64,000 nt of DNA from an uncultured Aminicenantes bacterium (GCA_965195285.1 CBDAFS010000011.1:1-64000), one strand, 5' to 3'; shown: positions 11,915 to 23,022, counted from the first letter of the stretch. The notes: generated from the sequence alone by a model not told the origin. Program-made: numbers and translations.

Positions 11915-14255
11915 ATGATGAAATTTTTGACTTTTTGTATGTGCACTCTTTTATTCATTTCTTTTTGTTTTCCCCAGGAAAACATTCGGGAGAAAGTCAG
12001 TGTGGACTGGTGGGTGGTCCCCCTGTTTGCCATTGATCAGGAGGGTAATTCGGTCAATGACTTGGCTTCCGGGGATATTCAGTTAGAAGTGAATGGTCAG
12101 AGAGTAATTGATTTCAGCCTCTACAAGAGATCCTTTAACGTGGCTGAAAAAGTCATTCAGAAAAAATTATCACCCCGGGTTGAGAAACGAAAGATGATTT
12201 TTTTCCTGTTTGACCTGGCCTTTTCCAGCCTGGAAAATCTGGAAAGGTCTAAAAAAGTGGCGGCCGATATTATCCGGGATGCTTCGGATTCCAGCCTGTT
12301 TTCGGTTTTTACCATCGATCCCTTTGCCGGCCTGATTTATCAGGCCGGACCCAGCAGCCAGAAGGCGGATGTGTTAAAGGTCATTACAAACAATGTTACC
12401 CTGAATCCCAATGCCAAGTCGATCAAGACCATCTTGGCCCTGGCCAGAATGGCCCAGATATCCGGAAGCAAGGGACCGAAATATACTGGCTCGGAAATGG
12501 GATTCCTGCTGGAGGAAATAAGTCACAGCCTGAAAAATACCAACCGGAAATTTTTTCGCAGCTTTGAAGCCCTGTACTTTGCCCTGAATTCTATCAAGGA
12601 CAACAAGTTTGTATACCTGTTCTCAGAAGGTATTTCCTTTTTCGCCCGCAAAGTCATCCGGCATGACGAGGGTGAATACCAGTCTTTTATCCGGCAGGGC
12701 GGCCGGTTATATGGGGCGAAGCGGCTCAGTGCTGTTCATAATCAATCCTGCCGGTGCCCTGGAACACTTTACCAATATTGAATCCGGAGAAGATTCCCTG
12801 CGATACCTGGCTCTGGAGAGCGGAGGCAAATATATGGAGGGAGACCGGGAAACCCTCTCCTTTCGCATTAAAAACCTGCACCGGGCATATTACGAAATCG
12901 CCTTTGCCGAACTCAAATCCTATCGGGGCCGAGTGAGAAAGATCTTCATTCAATGCCGGCGTAAAGGGGTGAAGGTCCATACCCTGCACTCTCTGGAAAA
13001 GAGAAAATCATATCAGGATATGAATGAAATAGAACGGGAGATTTTTGCAGTCAACGTGATCAACCGGAATCCCTTCTTTATTCGGGGAATAACCTTGATG
13101 GAAGTTATTGTCAAAAAAAAGATCACCAGGAAAAACCGGGAAATATACCGAATCATGCTGCCCAAAAACTGGCTTCAAAAAGAGGTTGATATATATAAGG
13201 CCTGGTTCCGAGAATCCGATGGTGATATAAGTGTTAAAAAGACATCCATTGTTCCTCAAAAAGCGGAAACGGAAATAGATTTTGAGATCAAAGATAAAAG
13301 CCGGTGCTATTTCGTATTGTTCAATCGGCAGGAGCAGAGTGTTCTGGTCCGGGGGATCGAAATCCCGAAACAAGAACTTCCGAATTTTAAAAAGATTCCG
13401 GAAATCAAGGCCATGAGCAATAAATTCGAATACAGCCGGGAACTGTCCACCCTGCTGGCCGGGGCAGCCGGGTATTGTCAGAAGTTGAAACAGGCCGGCT
13501 TTCACTATTTTTGCCAGGAAAAAGTGGTGGAAAGCCTGAGTATTTTCAAACCCAGCGAGGTCTCTGATATCAGTTTTCGTGAAGACCGGGCTTCCCAGAC
13601 GGACATGCTGAGAAGGACCGAGCCCAAACTGGGATTGAAGAGAAGAAAGGTGACCAGGTACCGGTTTGATTATCAGATCATAAAAGACAAGGATGAGATT
13701 AAGGAACAGCGTAAATTGATTTCCAAGAAAAACGAGAAAAATGATGGCCAGGGTGTGGAATTCAGAATCAAAAACTTTCTGGCGGAAAAGGCGGTATTTT
13801 CTCCGGTTACGCTCCTGGCCCGGGAACGGCAGCCCCTTTATGAATTCAGATTTGTGAAGTATGACAAATTAAATAGAGTCAGGTGTGCGGTAATAGAAGT
13901 TTTACCCAGGCGTAAGAATGATGCCCGATTTGTGTACGGACAGGTCTGGATCGACACTTCTGATCATTCGGTTTTAAAAATAAAGGCCAATCCCCGTTCC
14001 GTTGCAGGTTATAACAAACTTGAATTTATTGCCAGGAATTTAATGGCCAAGTTGTTTCTGAGTTTGGAGATTCATTTCAACATCGTTCATCAGGGGATCC
14101 GGTTCCCGGACAGTGTCATTCTCAGCGAATTGTATAAGGGCGGGCCACTCATCACCCGGCATATGGGATCCCGGGGCTGGGAGAGGCTCAAGACCGAGTA
14201 TACTTACAAAAATTATAAGTTCTTCGTGGTGGACACCAAGGTGTCGGCCGAATAA
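11915..14255 (+). pseudogene. Secreted VWA-like domain protein split by a +1 frameshift near 12697-12699 (ORFs 11915..12781 and 12609..14255)
   Basis: Signal peptide, VSVDWWVVPLFAID, FLFD and YLFSEG motifs in the first frame; SLRYLALESGGKY in the second. Removing one G from CAGGGCGGCC joins them as QSFIRQ-AAGYMGRSG. Confidence 0.75.
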
Positions 14256-14290
14256 CGGCTGCAGGCAGCCATTATTCGGCATACTTTTTT
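14247..14290. terminator. 16-bp inverted repeat between convergent genes (terminator and/or REP-like)
   Basis: GCCGAATAACGGCTGC-AG-GCAGCCATTATTCGGC (one mismatch), then ATACTTTTTT. Confidence 0.6.
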
Positions 14291-14294
14291 AATT

Positions 14295-17200
14295 CTATTG
14301 TTGATGTTCCAATATCCGTCCCGGTGTCCAGGGAGCCTTGGCTGCTTCCAGTTTTTTTTCCAGTTCGGGGATATCCTCCCCGGTAATTTTTTTCAGTTGG
14401 GTGAGCAGCGGAGCCAGTTCCTCCACGATGATATGGTAGCTGTTCAACTGGCTTTGTCCCGGTGCAGAAGTTGAACGGTACTGGGCATAGATGATGGAAT
14501 AAAGCCTGGAAATCAGCGGGACCAGGGTGGGGGGTATCTCTTCCCGGCTGGCTTTGGGTCTATGACCCCTGATGGCGAAGAGGATCTTGTCCAGTTGATC
14601 TTCAATGGCTCTGATCCGGGGCATAAATTTGGAAAGTCCGCCCGGAATGGCCAGGATGGTCTGCTTGATATGGGTTGCCTTTTTTTGGAGCTCCTGAACT
14701 TCCTGGGAACTGCCCTGCAACACCCTGGATAAATCAGCCACTTTCAGTTGAAAATCTGTCAGCTCCTTTCGGTTTTCTGCTGGCAGGGTGGTATTTCGAA
14801 GAATGCGGGCCTTGAAGGCAGTCGGCTCGACCAGTCTGGTGATTTTTCCATCTTGCCAAAGGGACATGGATACTTTATAGGTACCGGGCATGACCAGCAT
14901 CCCTTTATCATCCTTGGAAAAAGGATTGAACCGGTTGTCTTTTACTTCCACCGGATCCGGCCAGATGTACCTCATATCCCAGCTGATCCGATTGATACCC
15001 TTCTTGGGCTTGGACCGCAATTCCCGGATCAAATTCCCGGCATGATCGATAATGGTAAAAACCAGAAACGGGGCTTCCTCCCGGGCTTCCTCTCTCAATT
15101 CAAGCCAGTCCGGATTGGGAATGGGTTGTCCCTTTTTGAACAATTTTTTTTCTCTTTTCTGGCGAATCCGCTTCCGGGTAAGGGGAACATCCTTAAGGTA
15201 ATAGGTAAATGTGGCTCCGAATGGTGGATTCTCAGCTTTCCAGTAAGTGGCTCCCTGTCCGTATTTGGTTCGGGTTTGAATATACATCAGGGCATCATTG
15301 ATGGAAAAAAGACGGGCTTTCTGCTTGAGAAGTGACGGTGAAAACTCCCGCAGGGGAGTATAATCATCGAGAATATAAAAGCCCCTGCCGAATGTGGCCA
15401 GAACCAGATCATTCTCCCGCTCCTGGATAACCATATCCCGCACGGCAATGGTGGGTATGCCGGCCTTTAATTGGATCCACTTTTTCCCCTGATCAATGGT
15501 AAAAAAGGCGCCAAATTCGGTGCCAACAAAAATCAGTTCTTGGCGAATATGATCCTGTTCGATGGTATGGACGGTGCCATTTTCGGGAAGATTCCCGGAA
15601 ATGGATTTCCAGGTTTTTCCCCGGTCGTTACTCTTCAGAATATAGGGGGTGAAATCATCTCTCTTGCGATTGTCAAAAGAGGCGAAAACCACATTTTCAT
15701 CATGTTTGGACGCCAGTATATCACTCACATAGGTGAAGGGGGGAATACCCGGGAAGCTGTCCTTCTTTCTCCATGATTTTCCGGCATTTTCGGTCACCTG
15801 AATCAAGCCATCATCGGTACCGGCATATATCAAGTCTTCCTTCAGTGGGGATTCCACCAGGGAAATGATGGTTCCGTAGAGTGAAGTGGATACATCCTTG
15901 ACCACAGCATCGGCACTCCAGTATTTCCCCATTACCGGCCAGCGATTGCGGTCAATCTGGGCAGTGAGATCATCACTGATCACTGTCCAGGAATTGCCGT
16001 GGTCATCGCTCCGGAACACCTTGTTGGCCGCGCAGTAGATCCTTGTATTGGAGTGGGGGCTGATGAGCAGGGGGGTATTCCAATTCCAGCGGTAGGTTTT
16101 TTCACCCTTCCGGGGCTGTGGCCGGATATACACACTCTCTCCGCTGGACCGGTCATAGCGAACCATCCAGCCGTATTGGGCTTCCGCATAAACGATATTG
16201 GGGTTTTTGGGATCAACACAGGTCCAGAAACCGTCTCCGCCATTGGTAATAAACCACTCATCCCCGACAACTCCGTATGAACTGGTATTCCGTGAGGGTC
16301 CCCCCATGCTGGAGTTGTCCTGGGTTCCGCCGTAAACATAATAGAATGGCCGTGAATTATCCACACCCACCCGGTAAAACTGAGTGACCGGCAGATTGAT
16401 TTTAAAATGCCAGTTGGTTCCCCGGTCATAAGTTTCATATATGCCTCCATCACCACCGATTAGCAGGTGGGAGGTGTTCAGCGGGTCTATCCACAGGGCG
16501 TGATCATCCACATGGCGGTATTTTAATCCCAGCCGCTTGAAAGTTTTTCCGCCATCCTCTGTGAAATGGGTGTAGGTTTCTACCGAATAAACCAGGTCGA
16601 CATTCTTGGGATCACAGAAAATTTCATTATAATACTGGCCGCTGCTGGCGTGTGAGCTCATTTTTGTCCAGGATTCTCCACGGTCAGTGCTGCGAAAGAA
16701 TCCACCCTGGTCATCGGCAGCTTCAATGATGGCATAAATCACATCCGGATTTACCGGAGAGATATCCAGCCCGATACCTCCCATGTGAACCTTGGGCAGG
16801 CCAGAGGTGATTTTTCGCCAGTTCTTTCCGCCGTCAGTGGTTTTGTAAATGGCGGTTTCCGGTCCTCCTCCGATCTTGGTATGTACATGCCGGCGTCGCT
16901 GCTCGGAAGAGGCTATGATGGTATCCGGATTCCGGGGATCCATCACCATGCAGTTGACACCGGTATTTTCGCTGATCTGAAGCACTCTTTCCCAGGTTAT
17001 TCCGCCATTGATGGTTTTGTATAGTCCGCGATCTCCGCCAGGTCCCCAGGCAGATCCCTCGGCAGCAACATACACCATGTCGGTGTTTTTGGGGTTTATC
17101 AGAATGGTGCCAATCTGGCGTGAATTTTTTAAACCCATATTTTTCCAGGTTTTTCCGCCGTCAATGGTTTTGTAAATCCCGTCACCGTAGCCCAGGGCGC

Positions 17201-17567
17201 GCTGATGGTTGTTTTCCCCGGTTCCGGCCCAGACTACATGAGGATTTTGCGGATCAATGGCCAGACAACCGATAGAATAGCTGCCATATTTATCAAAAAC
17301 CGGCTTAAAGGTGATGCCGGCATTCCGGGTTTTCCAGATATGCCCGCAGGCAACTGCAACATAGTACTCACTGTAATCATGGGGATTAACTGCAATATCG
17401 GCAATCCGACCCGATGTAAATGATGGTCCGATTGACCTGAATTTAAGCCCGCTGAATAACGTTGAAGAAAACGGGTCCTGATCCGCTTCGGCCTTCTCGG
17501 ATTTAGCCGGAAGAACAAAGACCAGCAGAAAACAAAATGTCAGTGTTAAAAATAATTTGATTTTCAT
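14295..17567 (-). CDS. Secreted BNR/Asp-box repeat (VPS10/sortilin-like) beta-propeller protein, putative glycosyl hydrolase
   Basis: Signal peptide; many S/TxDxGxTW repeats (KTIDGGKTW, KTTDGGKNW, RSTDRGESW); C-terminal coiled coil. Confidence 0.88.
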   Translation of the reverse strand: MKIKLFLTLTFCFLLVFVLPAKSEKAEADQDPFSSTLFSGLKFRSIGPSFTSGRIADIAVNPHDYSEYYVAVACGHIWKTRNAGITFKPVFDKYGSYSIGCLAIDPQNPHVVWAGTGENNHQRALGYGDGIYKTIDGGKTWKNMGLKNSRQIGTILINPKNTDMVYVAAEGSAWGPGGDRGLYKTINGGITWERVLQISENTGVNCMVMDPRNPDTIIASSEQRRRHVHTKIGGGPETAIYKTTDGGKNWRKITSGLPKVHMGGIGLDISPVNPDVIYAIIEAADDQGGFFRSTDRGESWTKMSSHASSGQYYNEIFCDPKNVDLVYSVETYTHFTEDGGKTFKRLGLKYRHVDDHALWIDPLNTSHLLIGGDGGIYETYDRGTNWHFKINLPVTQFYRVGVDNSRPFYYVYGGTQDNSSMGGPSRNTSSYGVVGDEWFITNGGDGFWTCVDPKNPNIVYAEAQYGWMVRYDRSSGESVYIRPQPRKGEKTYRWNWNTPLLISPHSNTRIYCAANKVFRSDDHGNSWTVISDDLTAQIDRNRWPVMGKYWSADAVVKDVSTSLYGTIISLVESPLKEDLIYAGTDDGLIQVTENAGKSWRKKDSFPGIPPFTYVSDILASKHDENVVFASFDNRKRDDFTPYILKSNDRGKTWKSISGNLPENGTVHTIEQDHIRQELIFVGTEFGAFFTIDQGKKWIQLKAGIPTIAVRDMVIQERENDLVLATFGRGFYILDDYTPLREFSPSLLKQKARLFSINDALMYIQTRTKYGQGATYWKAENPPFGATFTYYLKDVPLTRKRIRQKREKKLFKKGQPIPNPDWLELREEAREEAPFLVFTIIDHAGNLIRELRSKPKKGINRISWDMRYIWPDPVEVKDNRFNPFSKDDKGMLVMPGTYKVSMSLWQDGKITRLVEPTAFKARILRNTTLPAENRKELTDFQLKVADLSRVLQGSSQEVQELQKKATHIKQTILAIPGGLSKFMPRIRAIEDQLDKILFAIRGHRPKASREEIPPTLVPLISRLYSIIYAQYRSTSAPGQSQLNSYHIIVEELAPLLTQLKKITGEDIPELEKKLEAAKAPWTPGRILEHQQ

Positions 17568-17600
17568 ATTATCTCCTTGCTTTGGGATCTGTTAAGAATT

Positions 17601-18176
17601 TTAATGTTCCCGGTTCATAATCAGCGACATGGCTTCCTGGCGACTGGCCAGTTTGTTTCTGAAAATGCCTCTGACTGCGGAAGTAACGGTGATGGAGCCG
17701 GGTTTTTTAACACCTCTCATGGTCATACACAGGTGTTCGGCTTTGATTACTACCATGGCGCCCAGAGGGGTCAGGGTTTTAACCAGGTAATCGGCTACCT
17801 GTTTGGTCAACCGTTCTTGGATTTGAAGCCGCCGGGACAGGGTGTCCACTAGGTAGGCGATGCTGTTCAGCCCCATGATTCTACCCTGGCGGGGAATATA
17901 GACGATGCTGGCGGTCCCGGAGAAGGGAAGAAAATGATGTTCGCAGATGGAATAGATGGGGATATTCTTCAGAATGACCATTTCATCATGTTTTTCTTCG
18001 GTGAGTAATTTGGCAAATTCATCCGGGTCCTTATGTGTGCCGGAGAGAACTTCCAGAAACATGTCAGTGGCTCTCTGGGGGGTTTTTTTCAACCGGGTTG
18101 AATTCGGATCTTCGCCGATTCCTTCCAGAATTAGTTTTACGCCCTGTTTAATTTTTTTTTCATCGATATGGCTCAT
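17601..18176 (-). CDS. folE: GTP cyclohydrolase I type 1 (divergent substrate-binding motif)
   Basis: TPQR, CEHH, QIQERLT, HLCMTMRGV, TSAVRG motifs. Confidence 0.9.
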   Translation of the reverse strand: MSHIDEKKIKQGVKLILEGIGEDPNSTRLKKTPQRATDMFLEVLSGTHKDPDEFAKLLTEEKHDEMVILKNIPIYSICEHHFLPFSGTASIVYIPRQGRIMGLNSIAYLVDTLSRRLQIQERLTKQVADYLVKTLTPLGAMVVIKAEHLCMTMRGVKKPGSITVTSAVRGIFRNKLASRQEAMSLIMNREH

Positions 18177-18324
18177 GATTGACTCCTTAGTCCTGTTGCC
18201 TTTAATGAAAGGGGATTGTATCTTCGTTTATTTTATACTTCATAACCATAGCTACAGTCAAGGTTAAAATCAAATCTGTTTCGGTTTAAGGTTTACAATC
18301 AGGTAATTGGCGTGGGATAGCAGG

Positions 18325-18353
18325 TTGACACGGAATCGCAATTGGAGTAGTAT
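18325..18353 (+). promoter_or_regulatory. Sigma70-type promoter of the S9 peptidase-nadC-nadB operon
   Basis: TTGACA-17 nt-TAGTAT. Confidence 0.6.
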
Positions 18354-18400
18354 TAAAAATAGCATTTATAAACACAGAAGCTATTAATATTTTCAACCAA

Positions 18401-20560
18401 ATGAAATGTAAAATACTTATATTGTTACTGGGATTGTCTTTTTTACACCCAATGATTTTCGGTCAAAAGAAACTGACCTTTGATGATGTTTATCTAAGGA
18501 AAGCCGAGTCTCTTCTGAATCCTCTGCCCGATATCCGGGAATGGTTTGATGACATGCACTACCTTGAAGTCCGGGAAGAAAAGATTCTAAAAGTCCATGC
18601 CTGTTCCGGGCGCCGGACCCTTCTTTTTTATCCGTACCATTATGGGTCTCTGAATCGTGCCGGTTTGAAATTATCCGATTTGGCCGACCATACCCGGGGT
18701 TATGAAAACTGTGCTTTCTTGAAATCCGGCGAGCTGTTTCTGTTTATAGAGAGACAAGACAAATTGAAAAAATTTCTCACTCCGAAAGGAGACAAACAGA
18801 ATCCCCGGTTTTCCCCCAATGGACACTATCTGGCCTTTACGGTTTCGGGTAATCTGTTTGTGTATGATATCCGGAATGAACGCATCCAGGTTTTGACCCG
18901 TGACGGCAATGGGGTGATTCTGAACGGATATGCCTCCTGGGTATATTATGAGGAGATACTGGGCCGTGATAGTGAATACCGGGCCTTCTGGTGGAGCCCT
19001 GACAGTTCTCGCATTGCCTTCATGAGATTTGATCAGAAGTCGGTTCCCCTGTTTACTATAACCGGATCAGACGGAGATTACGGCTATCAGGAAACGCAGT
19101 ATTATCCAAAGCCCGGCTACCCCAATCCCCGGGTTAAGATCGGGATGGTTGAAGTAAGGGAAAATACCCTTGACTGGGTGGACTTCAACCCTGAATGTGA
19201 TGGTTACCTGTCCTTTCTGGAATGGGGAAGCCAGGCTCAGTGTATTTATTTCCAATGGATGAACCGGAACCAGAATTTATTAAAAATTTACAGATATGAT
19301 ATTGGTAAGAAAGCCAGGGCTGTGGTGTACCAGGAGAGACAGAAACACTGGGTTGAGTTCCTGGTTCCCGGTGATTGGCAGATATTACTTGATGGTGAAA
19401 TCATTATCCGGAGTTCAAAGAGCGGCTGGTATCATCTTTTCCACCTGAACCGGAATGGGAAAGAGACTCAGTTAACCCATGGTAACTTGTCGGTCCGGAC
19501 GATTTCCTGGACGGATGAAAAGACCGGGCATATATACTTCGAAGCCTCAGCCGATGCTTCACTCGACGTTCATTTGTACCGAATTGATTTCAAAGGCCAG
19601 CAGCTGAAACAGCTGACCCTTGCTGAAGGAACCCACCAGATTCTCTCATCGACCAAAGGCACTTATTTCCTGGATACCTATTCGTCGGTAAAGATCCCCC
19701 CCCGACTGGAATTGATCGATAAAAATGCCAACATATTGAGAAAGATTGCCCACCGTTTAACCCCGGAACTGGATGCCCTTAATCTGGCCAAGGTAGAACT
19801 TTTCAGCATTACCACTGATGATGGTCTGCAATTGCCGGCTGTCTGGTACCTGCCACCCGATTTCAATGAACAGCATCGATACCCGGTGGTTTTAAAGGTC
19901 TACGGGGCTCCCGGATCAAGAATTGTCAGGAATGCATTTGATTGCCGAATGAGAAATTATTTTCTTGCCCAGCAGGGAATCATTGTCATGATGGTTGATC
20001 ATCGCGGGTCCGGACATTTTGGCAAGGGTTATACCGACCTGATGCATCGAAATCTGGGCACCTGGGAGTTACACGATTTGATTCAAACCGTGAAGCATCT
20101 CAGGAGGCTACCCTTTATTGATGCTGAAAAAATCGGAATCTGGGGCAGTAGTTATGGCGGGTATGTGGCAGCTCTGGCCCTGTGTAAAGCCACGGAATTT
20201 ATTTCCCATGGTATTGCGGATTCATCGGTGATTGACTGGAAATTGTATGATACCGTCTATACCGAACGCTATATGGATCAACCTGAGCAGAATCCAGATG
20301 GGTACCGGGAAAGTTCGGTTCTCAGTTATGTGTCCGGTTACCGGGGTGGGTTAAGAATCACCCACGGTTCCATGGATGACAATGTTCACCTGCAGCACAC
20401 ATTTCAATTTGTCAAGGCGGTGCTGAAAACCGGAAAGCCCATCGAGTTGATGATCTATCCCGGTGAGCGGCATGGGTACAAATTTGAAATGGGTATTGCC
20501 GATAACCGGTCAGCCTTGAATTTCTGGTTGAAGCATTTTCTGGGCAAAGAGGTTTCATAA
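18401..20560 (+). CDS. S9B family peptidase (dipeptidyl peptidase IV-like), secreted
   Basis: WVYYEE, WWSPD, GSSYGG nucleophile, DDNVH, YPGERH. Confidence 0.93.
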   Translation: MKCKILILLLGLSFLHPMIFGQKKLTFDDVYLRKAESLLNPLPDIREWFDDMHYLEVREEKILKVHACSGRRTLLFYPYHYGSLNRAGLKLSDLADHTRGYENCAFLKSGELFLFIERQDKLKKFLTPKGDKQNPRFSPNGHYLAFTVSGNLFVYDIRNERIQVLTRDGNGVILNGYASWVYYEEILGRDSEYRAFWWSPDSSRIAFMRFDQKSVPLFTITGSDGDYGYQETQYYPKPGYPNPRVKIGMVEVRENTLDWVDFNPECDGYLSFLEWGSQAQCIYFQWMNRNQNLLKIYRYDIGKKARAVVYQERQKHWVEFLVPGDWQILLDGEIIIRSSKSGWYHLFHLNRNGKETQLTHGNLSVRTISWTDEKTGHIYFEASADASLDVHLYRIDFKGQQLKQLTLAEGTHQILSSTKGTYFLDTYSSVKIPPRLELIDKNANILRKIAHRLTPELDALNLAKVELFSITTDDGLQLPAVWYLPPDFNEQHRYPVVLKVYGAPGSRIVRNAFDCRMRNYFLAQQGIIVMMVDHRGSGHFGKGYTDLMHRNLGTWELHDLIQTVKHLRRLPFIDAEKIGIWGSSYGGYVAALALCKATEFISHGIADSSVIDWKLYDTVYTERYMDQPEQNPDGYRESSVLSYVSGYRGGLRITHGSMDDNVHLQHTFQFVKAVLKTGKPIELMIYPGERHGYKFEMGIADNRSALNFWLKHFLGKEVS

Positions 20561-21420
20561 TGATGTCAGCGTCGGGTGATTCATTTGGCTCTTTCGAGGC
20601 CGGTTTGTTGAAGAGGATTGTTCAGCTGGCTCTGGCTGAGGACAAAGTCGGGGAAGATGTAACCACCGGTTCCATGCTGGAATTTGACCGCCAGGTTGGG
20701 GCCGATGTGCTGGCCAAACAGCCGGGAATCATATCCGGAATGGCTGCTTTCAAAGAGACCTTTCAGCAGGTTGATCCCGAAGTCATCATCCTGATATTAA
20801 GAGAGGATGGGGCTGCAGTAAAGGCCGGAGAAGTGGTTGCCCAGGTCGAAGGCCGGGAAAGTTCAATTCTGAAAGCGGAAAGAACGGCCCTGAATTTTTT
20901 ACAGAGGCTCAGTGGAATTTCCACTACCACCGCCCAATTTGTTGAAAAGATTAAATCCAGCCACACCTCAATCCTGGATACCCGAAAGACCACCCCTGGA
21001 ATGCGCTACCTTGAAAAAAAAGCAGTCCGGGATGGCGGGGGTTTGAACCATCGGATGAATCTGGAAGCCATGGCCCTGGTTAAAGACAATCATATCAAAA
21101 TGGCCGGCAGTATTTCCCGGGCAGTGAGAAGTATCCGGACAAAATTTCCCCAAAAGAAAATAGAGGTGGAAGTCAAAGATCTGTCGGAATTCAAGGAAGC
21201 TATGGATTTGAAAATCGATTGTGTCATGCTGGATAATTTCAGTAATGATATGATCAGGAAAGCTGTGGAACTCAATGATAACAAAATCAAACTGGAGGTT
21301 TCGGGAAATGTGACCCTGGATAGTGTTGAAGAGAAGGTCCAAACCGGTATTGATTTTATATCGGTCGGAGCCCTGACCCATTCCTTCAAGTCTCTGGACC
21401 TCAGTTTGGAAATTAGGTGA
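20560..21420 (+). CDS. nadC: Nicotinate-nucleotide diphosphorylase (carboxylating)
   Basis: ERTALNFLQRLSG, DTRKTTPG, KDNH, EVEV, MLDN, SVGALTHS. Confidence 0.97.
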   Translation: MMSASGDSFGSFEAGLLKRIVQLALAEDKVGEDVTTGSMLEFDRQVGADVLAKQPGIISGMAAFKETFQQVDPEVIILILREDGAAVKAGEVVAQVEGRESSILKAERTALNFLQRLSGISTTTAQFVEKIKSSHTSILDTRKTTPGMRYLEKKAVRDGGGLNHRMNLEAMALVKDNHIKMAGSISRAVRSIRTKFPQKKIEVEVKDLSEFKEAMDLKIDCVMLDNFSNDMIRKAVELNDNKIKLEVSGNVTLDSVEEKVQTGIDFISVGALTHSFKSLDLSLEIR

Positions 21421-21444
21421 AATTAAGGTAAAAGGGAATCAATC

Positions 21445-23022
21445 ATGAATGAACATCTTGAAACCGATGTGTTGATCATTGGCAGTGGAATTGCCGGCTC
21501 AAGCGCAGCCCTGATTCTGGCTGAAGCCGGTATCGATACGATTTTAATCAGCAAAGGCAAGGATTTTTCCGAAACCAATACCCATTGGGCCCAGGGTGGC
21601 ATTGCCTGTCTCGGCCAGAATGAAAAACCCCAGGATTTCATCAATGATATTTTAAAGAGCGGAGATTTTATCAATAATCCATCTGCGGTTGAACAGGTGG
21701 TCAGGGAATCCCGCTCCCTGGTTAATGAAATCCTGATCCGGAAATTGGAGATTCCCTTCTCCACCAATAACGGAACTTATGATCTGGCTTTTGAGGGCGC
21801 CCATTCCAAAAGGAGAATACTAAACATCAAGGATATGAGTGGCAAGATCATTCAGGAATATTTTTACGCTTATTTGAAAAAAATGAAAAAATTGAAAATA
21901 TTATTCCGACACACGGCCATTGACTTGCTGACCTATCCCCATCATTCCCAGAATCCAGTCAGGGTTTATCAGGAGCCCAAGACCATCGGTGCTTATATAC
22001 TGAACCAGAGCACCAAAAAAGTGATTCGGGTATTTGCCAGAAAGGTGATACTGGCCACCGGGGGATTGAGCAGCATATTTCTGCATTCCACTAATCCGGC
22101 GGATTCATGCGGAAGCGGAGTGGCCATGGCTTACAATGCCGGTACCAAGCTGGCCCACCTGGAATATATACAGTTTCATCCCACCTCATTGTTTCACAAG
22201 GATGTGGACCGATTTCTGATCTCTGAAACCGTCAGAGGGGAAGGGGCAAAGTTGATGAATCGAAAGGGTGAATACTTCATGAAAAAGTATTCTTCCCAAG
22301 GCGATCTGGCCACCCGGGATGAAGTGTCCAGAGCCATTTATGCGGAGATGATCAAAAATGACGATGATTATGTGATGCTGGACCTGGCTTCTTTTGCCAA
22401 AATCGATGTCAGGGAAAGATTCCCCACCATTTATGAAACCTGTATGAAAGTGGGTATCGACATTCAGGAAAATCCCATCCCGGTGGTTCCTGCCGCCCAC
22501 TACAGCTGCGGTGGGATACTGGTTGGCCTGGACGGAAGAACCTCGCTCAAAAACCTCTATGCCATTGGAGAGGTTGCCAATGCCGGCGTACACGGTGCAA
22601 ACCGCCTGGCCTCGGTTTCCCTGCTGGAAGGATTGGTATGGGGAGTCAAATCAGCTGATGCTATTGCCAAATGCCTGGATGATGAAAAGGAGCCGTACAT
22701 AATTTCCGAGGTGCCGGAATGGAAATATCCCTCCCCCCAGGAAGAACTGGATCCGGCACTGGTCTGGCAGGACCGGGTGACCATCAAATATATCATGTGG
22801 AATTACAGCGGGATTATCCGGACTCGGAAACGAATGGAACGGGCCAAATCCGATCTTCGGTATCTGCGCCATCGAATCATTAAGTTTTATCAGAAAACCG
22901 AAATGACCAACAGCATCATTGATTTAAGGGATAGTGTCCAGACCGCCTTGCTGGTGGTGCAGGCCGCTCTGACAAATAAGGTATCCAGAGGCGCTCATTT
23001 TGTAAAAAGCACTCTGGATTAA
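21445..23022 (+). CDS. nadB: L-aspartate oxidase
   Basis: GSGIAG, AQGGIA, EGAHS, QFHPT, HYSCGG, HGANRLAS; adjacent to nadC. Confidence 0.95.
   Translation: MNEHLETDVLIIGSGIAGSSAALILAEAGIDTILISKGKDFSETNTHWAQGGIACLGQNEKPQDFINDILKSGDFINNPSAVEQVVRESRSLVNEILIRKLEIPFSTNNGTYDLAFEGAHSKRRILNIKDMSGKIIQEYFYAYLKKMKKLKILFRHTAIDLLTYPHHSQNPVRVYQEPKTIGAYILNQSTKKVIRVFARKVILATGGLSSIFLHSTNPADSCGSGVAMAYNAGTKLAHLEYIQFHPTSLFHKDVDRFLISETVRGEGAKLMNRKGEYFMKKYSSQGDLATRDEVSRAIYAEMIKNDDDYVMLDLASFAKIDVRERFPTIYETCMKVGIDIQENPIPVVPAAHYSCGGILVGLDGRTSLKNLYAIGEVANAGVHGANRLASVSLLEGLVWGVKSADAIAKCLDDEKEPYIISEVPEWKYPSPQEELDPALVWQDRVTIKYIMWNYSGIIRTRKRMERAKSDLRYLRHRIIKFYQKTEMTNSIIDLRDSVQTALLVVQAALTNKVSRGAHFVKSTLD

Noticed and set aside
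18177-18300. preQ1 or other riboswitch upstream of folE
   Set aside because: No recognisable aptamer motif by eye; an Rfam scan would be needed to exclude it fully.
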